64,000 bases of DNA. Source: Bdellovibrionales bacterium (lineage in GTDB: Bacteria > Bdellovibrionota > Bdellovibrionia > Bdellovibrionales > UBA1609). The DNA lies in the NCBI GenBank assembly GCA_965203095.1, contig OZ241877.1:864001-928000 (forward strand). The letters run 5' to 3'. Made by a program: the position numbers and the translations under genes. The notes under the pieces were generated by a model. The model did no database searches. It was not told the DNA's origin and saw only the letters and a list, made by a program, of their open reading frames with translations. The first letter of the stretch is position 1, and each line of letters starts with the position of its first letter. Below are positions 55,799 to 64,000 of the stretch, piece after piece.

Positions 55799-56785
55799 TT
55801 AAGGACGATCAGGAGCAGTTGGAGCCATCGGAGGATTTGCAGGAGGATTTGCGGAAGGAGAAGATTTAAGATTTATTGACTTAGAAATCGTTTTAAATAA
55901 ATTTGTTTTTGAAAACTCCTTATTGTTTTTCATATAATCATAAGCTGTTCCTCCTTCATTATTTTTAACCATGACACTGGCCCCATGATCTAAAAGGAGT
56001 TGAATGACTACGGGATCAATAAACTTGACCCCTGTAAACTCATTAGGGACAGTGGCAGAAAAGATAGGGTTAGACTGAGATTTGCTTTTAAATTCAATAT
56101 CAGCACCTTTAGTTAGCAATAGTTTAATAATTTTAACATCTCTACGGTTGTAAAGAGCCCAATGCAAAGCACTGGCTGAAAAAGTGCTGTCCGGCTCATC
56201 AATATTTTGAATGTATTTTAAAACAGTTTGAACAAACTCATAAGCTTTATCCGTCCTAATTATAGCCCAATGCAGAATTGTGGCTTTAGACTCAGAGCCT
56301 CTTCCTGTTTTTAAAGTAGGATCTGCTCCTGCCTGCATAAGAATATCTATTATTTCAGGATATTGCCCGTCCCGAACAGCCATTACCAGCATGGTCTCAC
56401 TGGTATCTGAGCGGGCGGAATTGATATTCGCAATGCTTTTTAGTTGCTCCTTTAATTGTTCCGGTGTCACTTTATTATGAAATTCTGTGGTGAGATATTC
56501 TGGAATAGCTTTAGGTTCTGGTTTTTGAGTTGAGGCTGGCACAACCTCTTTTACAGCGGGTGAGGTGGGGGGAGCTACTTCTTTTACCCCTTTTACCTCC
56601 GTTAAGGCCGGTGAGCTTGCTGGGGTATCTGAGGAAGGCTCCACTGGCAAAGCGATATTTTGAGAGAGAGCAGGATCTATCTCCCTCACATTCTTTTTGT
56701 CAAACATATATAGGTAATAGCCCGCATAACTCAACCCTATAAGGAGCAATATTAAGATGAAAAGATATTTTATTGTTTTAGCCAT
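55799..56785 (-). CDS. Membrane-anchored ankyrin repeat protein
   Basis: N-terminal TM, Pro/Ala/Ser linker, ANK repeats (TILHWA, SALHWA..IIKLLLTKGADIE, LLLDHGA..KNNEGGTA). Confidence 0.88.
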   Translation of the reverse strand: MAKTIKYLFILILLLIGLSYAGYYLYMFDKKNVREIDPALSQNIALPVEPSSDTPASSPALTEVKGVKEVAPPTSPAVKEVVPASTQKPEPKAIPEYLTTEFHNKVTPEQLKEQLKSIANINSARSDTSETMLVMAVRDGQYPEIIDILMQAGADPTLKTGRGSESKATILHWAIIRTDKAYEFVQTVLKYIQNIDEPDSTFSASALHWALYNRRDVKIIKLLLTKGADIEFKSKSQSNPIFSATVPNEFTGVKFIDPVVIQLLLDHGASVMVKNNEGGTAYDYMKNNKEFSKTNLFKTISKSINLKSSPSANPPANPPMAPTAPDRP

Positions 56786-57250
56786 AAAATTTTCCTTAGA
56801 ATAATGAAAGTTTAGACAGCTTAAAATTGGATTTTAGGCTATGTCAAGCTTGTCTATCCTTCCCCTTTCAACAGGTTAAATTTGTTGGTCAAGCTTTCAA
56901 AAGTCCATTTTGTTCTATCATAAAAAATAATTATGGTAAGTATAAATAATAGCGTGTGACAATATCCTCTTCATTGGCTACTCATGATGGATATTCAGCT
57001 CTGACTATTCGCCCTTTGAGGGCTGTTCTTTCTTAATTTTCTTTAAATATCCAAATTTAAATTTTTAAGCTTAAAGCCTTTAAAATAAGCCTTTTGGCTC
57101 AATTTCTGAGTAGTCGGCCCCGCTCAGCTGATCAAACAACCTATAAGCTTTGTAAGCAATTATTCCTAAAAAAGCCCGTTTTTGACAAGCCTTGTCTTGA
57201 CTTGAAACATTTAAAGAGAAAAATAAACTGGCAAGAAAATAAGGTTTTTT

Positions 57251-57568
57251 ATGGCTGATTGGCTAACACTTCAGGAATATTCTAACCAACAAGGGGTGAG
57301 CATCTCCACCCTTCGCCGGAAAATCAAAGGGGGGGAGATAAAATCCCGCATTCAAAACGGTCGCTATCTCCTAAAAGTCCCCTACCCATTAGAGGATTCC
57401 CTCCCTAAAAATGAGCTTAAGGCTTATTATCAAAAGCTTTTATGTCAAAAAGATAAAGAACTAAAAAAACTAAAAGAAGATCGGGAAGACCTTATCCATC
57501 TATTGGATTTTTTAGAAGAGGAAAAAACGGATCTGTTGAATCTTCTAAATAAAGCCCATTGGGATTAA
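57251..57568 (+). CDS. Small HTH DNA-binding protein with C-terminal coiled coil
   Basis: WLTLQEYS...VSISTLRRKIK.G.I (MerR/excisionase-like HTH). Confidence 0.75.
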   Translation: MADWLTLQEYSNQQGVSISTLRRKIKGGEIKSRIQNGRYLLKVPYPLEDSLPKNELKAYYQKLLCQKDKELKKLKEDREDLIHLLDFLEEEKTDLLNLLNKAHWD

Positions 57569-57654
57569 AAAGGATGAGGAGTGGCCCACTCCCTTAAAAA
57601 ACAGTTTTATTTTGGCAAAGCCACTTTCTGGTCAATTTAAACAAAGGTTTAAAA

Positions 57655-58515
57655 ATGGATCTCTTAGAAGACCAAGCTAAATTCTGTTATATTCAGCCTA
57701 ATCAGCCCTCTATAAGCATCCCATTTACAAGAAGTCTTTTTGATAAAATCAGCCCCTATCAACATATACAAATCTTGGAAACAAAATTTGCTGGAAAGGC
57801 ACTCATTATTGATAATTATTTAATGTCTTGTGAAAAAGACGAGTTTATTTACAGTGAATTGATAGCTCATACCCCTTTATTTAGCCATCCCCATCCAAAA
57901 TCCGTGCTCATCATTGGCGGAGGCAATGGGGCCACAGCCCGTGAAGTCTTAAAACATGAGAATCTTAATCAATGCATAATGGCTGAGATTGATGAAATGG
58001 TTGTGGAGGCGGCAAAAGAGCATTTAAAATTTTCCTCCATGGCTTTTGATAATCCCAAACTGGATCTTCATATCGCCGATGGGAAGGAATTTATTGCTCA
58101 ATATAACTCTGCTTTTGACATTATCATAGTGGATGATTCGGGAACGGCTGTAAGCTCCTCCCTTGGAACTAAAAGCTTTTATAAAAATGCTTATAGAGCT
58201 TTAAAAGATGATGGCATTATTATATCTAACTGTATGAATTTATTTGAACAGGCAGACAAAGCTAAAATCCTTTTAGAAAAAGTAGCTCAAAGTGGATTTA
58301 AGAAAGCAGGGTTTTATTTTTATCACAATATTTATTTTCCTCCGGGCTTATATTCTTTTCTGTTGGCTTCTAAAGAGCCCCATCCCGTAAAAAACTTTGA
58401 TCCAAAAAGAGTGAGCGGTAAGTCCTTTCGCTATTATAACAGCGATATTCATGTTGCCGGTTTTGCCTGCCCACAATTTATAAAAAATATCCTTGGGGAT
58501 TTATGGACCCTGTAA
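57655..58515 (+). CDS. speE: Polyamine aminopropyltransferase (spermidine synthase family)
   Basis: SPYQHI, DEFIYSELIAH, HPHPKSVLIIGGG, AEIDEMVV, RYYN.DIH...F. Confidence 0.85.
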   Translation: MDLLEDQAKFCYIQPNQPSISIPFTRSLFDKISPYQHIQILETKFAGKALIIDNYLMSCEKDEFIYSELIAHTPLFSHPHPKSVLIIGGGNGATAREVLKHENLNQCIMAEIDEMVVEAAKEHLKFSSMAFDNPKLDLHIADGKEFIAQYNSAFDIIIVDDSGTAVSSSLGTKSFYKNAYRALKDDGIIISNCMNLFEQADKAKILLEKVAQSGFKKAGFYFYHNIYFPPGLYSFLLASKEPHPVKNFDPKRVSGKSFRYYNSDIHVAGFACPQFIKNILGDLWTL

Positions 58516-58558
58516 AAGATATTCCTTAAAAATTAAAAAATTCAATAAACAGCGAAAA

Positions 58559-59863
58559 TCAAATCACGGGTCTTTTGTCTTCTTCAATAAAGAACTCCAA
58601 CTTTTCAAATTCCTTATTCCAAAAAGTTTTGGCCTTCTTCATGCTTTCTGCCTTAACTGCAAGGTGACCCCTCATAGCACTTAGAAAATCATTTCTTTCT
58701 CTAAAAATAAGGTCTCCCGGCTTTAAGGGAAATTTGGACTCCACCACTGAAGAGGAAAAGGGTTTTTTTTGAGAAAAACTCAATAACCTGCCTTTAGGAA
58801 AAGGCAGTCTTTTAAAAACAACATAATTTTTGGGCTGGTTTCTTTTTTGAATGTCCACTTCCTCCCCTAATAAAGCTCTAACAGCTCTCTCACCATAAGA
58901 GACATCCTCATAACAAATCCTTAAAAAATCAATAGGCAAAGAGTTAAACCGAGGGCTGGCATCTAAAAGATAAAGCTGATTATCTGTAGAGTTCAAAACA
59001 CAGTCAAAAACAAAAGGGCCATAAGGTAAAATGGGATCTTTAACTATTTGTTGGCTTAAACATTGAATTTTATCTAAGACTCCTTTTCCCTCTTCATCAC
59101 AGAAAGGGGCAAAAAACTCGTTTTCACTACGAAAAGGAGGCTTTGCCGGCACCACTTCATAAATCAATGAAAGCTCCATCCCATTTTTTGCTTTAATGCC
59201 TGTCACACAAAAAACAGATCCCGGTATAAATTGCTCCACAAGATATTTTGAGTGGCAGTTATCAAAAAGATAATTGGCATATTCTCCCTTTTTTAGTTCC
59301 ACTCGATCATTGGCATCTGGATTTTCAAAATCGGGTTGAAAGAGCTTACATAACTCTTCTGGCCTTTGGCTTAAAAAAACACCGCAGGAACCACTTCCGC
59401 CATCTGGTTTTGCTATTACAGGAAAATGAGCTATCAAAGAAAGATCCAGATCAGACTGTGTAGATAAAGCTTGAAAAACAGTAGGAGTCTTTATGCCTTT
59501 TAAATTAAAGTGCTTTAAATAACGGCTTTTTCTCATCCAAAATCGAGACAGTTTTTTGTCTAAACCTGGAAATTTCAAACTCTCATTTAAAAAACCTAAG
59601 ACTAAAAAAAGATAACCGTTAATGCCACAAGAAGGGACTATAAAAGATATGTTTTTCTTTTCCTTAATGATTTTTAAACAAGAAGATATATTGCTTTTGA
59701 CATTTATTAAGGCTTTCAGTGGATTTGTGAAATCAGCTGAAGAAGCCAGTTCCCTCTGAGAATAGCGAACAGGGACTGTGTGGGATAAGTAATTTGACTC
59801 TCTCAAAGCTGAATCTATATTCTTATCATTCAGTGAGGATAAGAGGATCAAACAGGATCTCAT
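58559..59863 (-). CDS. ATP-grasp domain protein
   Basis: PVIAKP.GGSGSCGV, YLVEQFIPG, LDASPR. Confidence 0.78.
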   Translation of the reverse strand: MRSCLILLSSLNDKNIDSALRESNYLSHTVPVRYSQRELASSADFTNPLKALINVKSNISSCLKIIKEKKNISFIVPSCGINGYLFLVLGFLNESLKFPGLDKKLSRFWMRKSRYLKHFNLKGIKTPTVFQALSTQSDLDLSLIAHFPVIAKPDGGSGSCGVFLSQRPEELCKLFQPDFENPDANDRVELKKGEYANYLFDNCHSKYLVEQFIPGSVFCVTGIKAKNGMELSLIYEVVPAKPPFRSENEFFAPFCDEEGKGVLDKIQCLSQQIVKDPILPYGPFVFDCVLNSTDNQLYLLDASPRFNSLPIDFLRICYEDVSYGERAVRALLGEEVDIQKRNQPKNYVVFKRLPFPKGRLLSFSQKKPFSSSVVESKFPLKPGDLIFRERNDFLSAMRGHLAVKAESMKKAKTFWNKEFEKLEFFIEEDKRPVI

Positions 59864-59912
59864 AATTTTATTAAAAGAAAAATAGAAAATTTTTAATTCC
59901 CATCAGCAAAGC

Positions 59913-62285
59913 TTAAGCCGCACCACCAAGCCCTTCTTTATCCACAAAATATTCTTTTAATTCGGTTGATTTAATTAAGGGTTCTGCCAACAAAGCCTTT
60001 TTAAAAACTTCATCTAAGCGAGAAACCAAAATAAAATTCATTTGGGCTTTAATTTCTTTTGGCACATCATCTAAATCTTTTTTATTTTTTTCTGGCAAAA
60101 GGGCAGTTTTAATTCCATTGTTAAAGGCCGCTAAAACTTTTTCTTTAACTCCACCTACAGGCAAAACTCTTCCTGAAAGAGTGATTTCACCCGTCATAGC
60201 TACAGTATTTTTTAAAGGAATATTGGTGATTAAAGACAAAAGGGCACTGGCCAAAGCCACCCCAGCAGAAGGACCATCTTTAGGTATAGCTCCCTCTGGC
60301 ACATGGATATGTATTTCATTTTTGTCAAACCACTCCTCCTCTATATGAATATCTATGTTTTGAATATAAGATTTAATATAAGACAGAGCGGCTTGTGCTG
60401 ACTCTTTCATTACCTCCCCTAACTTTCCTGTCAAAATCAAGCCTCCTTTCTTTCCTTTAATTTTAAGAGCTTCAACGTGTAGGATTTGCCCACCCACTTC
60501 CGTCCAAGCCAGCCCTGTAGCAATCCCTACCTGAGCAGATTTCATAAGCTCTTCTGGAAAAAAACAAGGGCTACCCAACATATCCGTTATTTTATTTTTA
60601 TCTAAAATCCGCTTCTCTGTATTGCCTAAAACAAATTGCTTAGCTGTCTTTCGGCATAAAGCGGACAACTGTCGTTTTAAATTCCTTAATCCCGCCTCTT
60701 TAGTGTAAGAGTGGATCAGGCAGTCTAAAGCCTCTTCTGTCAAACAGAGCTGATCTTCAGATAGGCCATTATTCTTTAATTCTTTAGATAATAGGCTTTG
60801 ACGAGCTATAGCCTTTTTTTCCTCAGCTGTGTAGCCGGATATTGAGATCACCTCCAGCCGATCTTTTAAGGCTGGAGGAATATTTTGAATTAAATTGGCA
60901 GTGGCAATAAAAAATACATTAGATAAATCAAAATTTAAATTCAAATAATGATCTTTAAAGGCATGGTTTTGCTCTGGATCTAAAACTTCTAAAAGGGCAG
61001 AGCTGGGATCTCCTCTAAAATCAGAGCACAATTTGTCAATCTCATCCAATACGATCACTGGGTTATTTGTCTGACAGGCTTTTAGTGCTTGAATGATTTT
61101 TCCCGGCATAGCTCCTACATAAGTCCGGCGATGTCCTCTAATTTCTGCTTCGTCTTTTATCCCTCCTAAAGAAATGCGATGGTAAGCTCGCCCCATAGAT
61201 TGAGCAATACTTTTGCCTAAGGAGGTTTTTCCCACTCCGGGAGGGCCTGAAAAACACAAAATAGGGCCTTTTAAATTTTTTGGATGAAGATGACAAACGG
61301 CTAAAAATTCTAAAATCCTTTCTTTAACTTTTATTAAGCCCAAATGATCTTTATCTAAAATGGCTTGTGCATTGTTGAGATCTAAGTTATCCTGGCTCTG
61401 GCGGTTCCAGGGCAGGTCTAAAATCCAATCTAAATAATTGCGAACCATAGAAGCCTCTGAGCTTTCTGTATGCATTTTTTCCAAACGGGACAGCTGTTTG
61501 AGAACTTCCGATTTGGCCTTTTCTGGCAGTTGATTTCCTTCTAACCTTTGTTTAAATTCTTTAACTTCTTCCTTTTTATAATGACCGGCAGGAGAAGACA
61601 TAAAACTTCCCGGTGAGGGTAAAAAAGGTTTAGGAATTTCTTTTTTTATCATCCTTTCCAACCTTCCTCTCAACTGGGAAATTTCCAGCTCGTTTCGAAC
61701 AGTTGTTTTTGTCCAATAGATTCGTTCTGAAATATCAATAATTTCCAAAGATTTTTGTAGATCCATGGCCCTTAAGCCCAGACTACTGATCAACATATCG
61801 CAAAAATGGCCAGGATCTTTAACAGAGTCCAAAACAAGAGTGAGAGTTGGTGATAAAGATTCTTTAATTTGAGCGAGTTGTTTTAAGTCCTGTTTAATGT
61901 CTTGAATATTTTTTTTATCTTTTTCCTTTAGAGAACCCTTCTTTTTTTCTTTTTGAAAATAAGTTAAATAAACAGTGTCCCCCTCCGCACGATCTATAGA
62001 GGCCCGTTTCAACCCTTGTATTAAAATTTTAACACGACCATCTCCTAAGTTCCGCATTCTCATAATGAGGCCAACACAGCCCATCCTATAAACTTTTTTA
62101 GAATCTGTTTCTGGTTCCTGAAGGCAAGAGAAAAAAATCATTCTATCTCCCTCAAAAGCCTTTTGAACTGCTTTTTTAGCCTGATTTTCATTGATAAAAA
62201 GAGATATTATAGATTGTGGAAAAACCACTGTGTCTTTTAAAGACACAAGAGACATTTGCTTTGGAAAATTTAACTCTATTGCCAT
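59913..62285 (-). CDS. lon: Lon protease
   Basis: LON N-domain, GPPGVGKTS, LDEIDK, PKDGPSAG, GGVKEK. Confidence 0.97.
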   Translation of the reverse strand: MAIELNFPKQMSLVSLKDTVVFPQSIISLFINENQAKKAVQKAFEGDRMIFFSCLQEPETDSKKVYRMGCVGLIMRMRNLGDGRVKILIQGLKRASIDRAEGDTVYLTYFQKEKKKGSLKEKDKKNIQDIKQDLKQLAQIKESLSPTLTLVLDSVKDPGHFCDMLISSLGLRAMDLQKSLEIIDISERIYWTKTTVRNELEISQLRGRLERMIKKEIPKPFLPSPGSFMSSPAGHYKKEEVKEFKQRLEGNQLPEKAKSEVLKQLSRLEKMHTESSEASMVRNYLDWILDLPWNRQSQDNLDLNNAQAILDKDHLGLIKVKERILEFLAVCHLHPKNLKGPILCFSGPPGVGKTSLGKSIAQSMGRAYHRISLGGIKDEAEIRGHRRTYVGAMPGKIIQALKACQTNNPVIVLDEIDKLCSDFRGDPSSALLEVLDPEQNHAFKDHYLNLNFDLSNVFFIATANLIQNIPPALKDRLEVISISGYTAEEKKAIARQSLLSKELKNNGLSEDQLCLTEEALDCLIHSYTKEAGLRNLKRQLSALCRKTAKQFVLGNTEKRILDKNKITDMLGSPCFFPEELMKSAQVGIATGLAWTEVGGQILHVEALKIKGKKGGLILTGKLGEVMKESAQAALSYIKSYIQNIDIHIEEEWFDKNEIHIHVPEGAIPKDGPSAGVALASALLSLITNIPLKNTVAMTGEITLSGRVLPVGGVKEKVLAAFNNGIKTALLPEKNKKDLDDVPKEIKAQMNFILVSRLDEVFKKALLAEPLIKSTELKEYFVDKEGLGGAA

Positions 62286-62307
62286 AAAAAACCCTCTTAT
62301 GACATGC

Positions 62308-62335
62308 TTTTCGGATTTTTAAAAAAAATTATTTA
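62308..62335 (-). promoter_or_regulatory. Possible sigma28-type promoter of lon
   Basis: Minus strand TAAA-N16-TCCGAAAA. Confidence 0.4.
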
Positions 62336-62342
62336 ACTTTTT

Positions 62343-64000
62343 TTATTTTACTGGCATAGAGTCCAGAATATGGCCCTTCTCTGGATCCGTTTTGTAAATC
62401 CTTAAGGGGTAGTTAAAAACACGATTTGAGATAGATATCTCATGGTAAGCCCCTGAAAAAGAGGGGATTTTTTTTAGCTCTTTTTGCAAAGCTTGTCGGG
62501 ATTTGACCCCCCGACTTAAAGCCTGCTTGAAAAACAGGCCGGCATTGTAAGCTCTTTGTTCAAAAAGCCCTGGGGTTTGGGCATAAAGTTTGACAAATTT
62601 TTGATAAAATGAGGATTTTTGAATTAAAGAGTGATTTTTCTCTAAAAGATTGGCGAAAACCAAAGGCAAGCCCTCTGGCCATCGGCGGATCTGATCCGGA
62701 ATCCAAACATCTGTTCCCAACAAGTAAATATCTTTAACCCCAAAATATTTTATATGATCCGCTATTTTTTTTGTCTGATCTAAAGAGTCGGGAATAAATA
62801 AAGCAGAAAAGTCTATTTGAGGAGACAAAACATTTTCCGGTATAAGCTTACGGGAACGATCAGATAGAGAAGGATTTTCATCTAAAAGTTTTGTTTTTAA
62901 TTCTTCAAACTCTTTTTCTCGGCCTTTTATATTTAAACGGAAAAGTTTTTTAATAGGTTGCTTGAAATCGGCCTCTCCAGATCTGTAAGTCTCATGCTCA
63001 ACAATTTGCCCTCCCTCCTGTTGAAACATCTCAGCAAAAAGCCGTGCGTATTCTCTTCCATAAAGATCATTTGGCGACAAAATGGCTATTTTTTGAATTT
63101 TCAACTCCTTTCGGGCTTGATCTATAAGGGGTTTTAAAAGCCGGCGAGCGGGAACAGCATTTTGAAAAACAAAATCCTTATCTAAATTCAAATCATTTTT
63201 TTGAGAAAACACTACAGCTGGAGTGGCCCAAGCTGAGGCCCTTTGGGCTATCACCTCTGCTGTTCCGCTGGTAAGCCCTCCAACCAAACCAATAACATGG
63301 TATTTGTAAAACAGACTGTCCAAATGGGCACGAACCACATCGGGATGACTTTGGCTGTCCATGACAACAATTTGCCAAGGAGAATCTTTTTCTATGTCCA
63401 AAGCCATATAAAGACCTCTTAAAATTTTTTGACCTAAAGCCTTCCTCCGCCCACTGAGAGGGACTAAAACACCAATCAAATAAGGATTAACTTTAGATAT
63501 TTTTTTAGCTAACAAAAGATGATTTTTAGCCGATTGTTTTAAACTTAAGGCAAGAGGGGCTGATAAAGATTTTTTAAAATAATTTTTAGCTTTAGAGAAA
63601 TCTTTTTTTTCAAAAAAATGTTTCCCATTAAGATACAATATATAGCCTTCAAAGGGGCCAAAAAGCTCTGCTTTGTCCGCATATTCATTTAAGGTTTTAA
63701 CTGGTAAAGAGCGGATGAGGTTTTCCCCTTGCCTCTGCCATTTTTTCTTTTCTTTAGGATGGGAAGATAAAGAGGACAAATGAGACAAACTGATAAGCTG
63801 ATATTTTATCCATTTTTTTTTGTTTTTCAAAAAAGACCATTGCAAGCGAGCTGAAGCTTTTTTGTTTTCTAAAGTCTCTTTAGGATGATTCAATAGGTTT
63901 TCCAAAGTTTCTACTGCTGGAATGATCTTCCCTTCTTGAAATAAACATTTAGCAGAGGCACGATAAACCTCCCATCGGCGGGAATAATCAAAAGAGGATT
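62343..64000 (-). CDS. LpoA/LppC-like penicillin-binding protein activator (periplasmic binding fold); 5' end outside window
   Basis: IGVLVPLSG, GLVGGL, YGREYA..F, DFSALFIPD, LLGT..W; frame is open to the window end. Confidence 0.75.
   Translation of the reverse strand, partial: SSFDYSRRWEVYRASAKCLFQEGKIIPAVETLENLLNHPKETLENKKASARLQWSFLKNKKKWIKYQLISLSHLSSLSSHPKEKKKWQRQGENLIRSLPVKTLNEYADKAELFGPFEGYILYLNGKHFFEKKDFSKAKNYFKKSLSAPLALSLKQSAKNHLLLAKKISKVNPYLIGVLVPLSGRRKALGQKILRGLYMALDIEKDSPWQIVVMDSQSHPDVVRAHLDSLFYKYHVIGLVGGLTSGTAEVIAQRASAWATPAVVFSQKNDLNLDKDFVFQNAVPARRLLKPLIDQARKELKIQKIAILSPNDLYGREYARLFAEMFQQEGGQIVEHETYRSGEADFKQPIKKLFRLNIKGREKEFEELKTKLLDENPSLSDRSRKLIPENVLSPQIDFSALFIPDSLDQTKKIADHIKYFGVKDIYLLGTDVWIPDQIRRWPEGLPLVFANLLEKNHSLIQKSSFYQKFVKLYAQTPGLFEQRAYNAGLFFKQALSRGVKSRQALQKELKKIPSFSGAYHEISISNRVFNYPLRIYKTDPEKGHILDSMPVK

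Noticed and set aside
56790..57245. Long intergenic region with small hairpins (e.g. GCCCTTTGAGGGC) as sRNA or riboswitch
   Set aside because: No recognisable conserved motif; compatible with divergent promoters
49782..57568. Prophage (desaturase/oxygenase/SDR genes also occur in large phages; excisionase-like HTH nearby)
   Set aside because: No integrase, structural, packaging or replication genes

Overview
AT-rich bacterial chromosome segment. Gene content and synteny (recR-mglA, an Agl/Glt-type gliding operon, csrA, rpoN, men genes, sigma28-type promoters) point to a Bdellovibrionota-like organism; this is an inference, not a database result. Most of the window is housekeeping: rpsA-sppA-rhomboid, rpmE, rny, pdxH, RNase P RNA, rpoN, rpsB-tsf-pyrH-frr-uppS, xseAB-ispA, menBACE, rsmE, csrA, dnaX-recR-mglA, ybeY, sucA, lon. 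Accessory parts: an orphan HP0910-like adenine methyltransferase next to a large HExxH metalloprotease/lipoprotein pair (3.5-9 kb), two paralogous Cys-rich lipoproteins with duplicated sigma28 promoters (29.7-32.1 kb), and a cluster of three membrane desaturases, two 2OG-Fe(II)-type oxygenases, an SDR and two membrane proteins (49.8-55.7 kb). The most striking non-coding signal is a modular family of small intergenic elements. Four carry a near-invariant 28-nt core (TGAGGGTCCAAGGTATTGCCGTCCCGAA) closed by stems of three different sequences that keep the same pairing and a single-base bulge. They share ~17-bp terminal repeats with dRS3-like palindromes. One copy supplies the RBS and start codon of menA, and dRS3-like units sit in frame inside dnaX.
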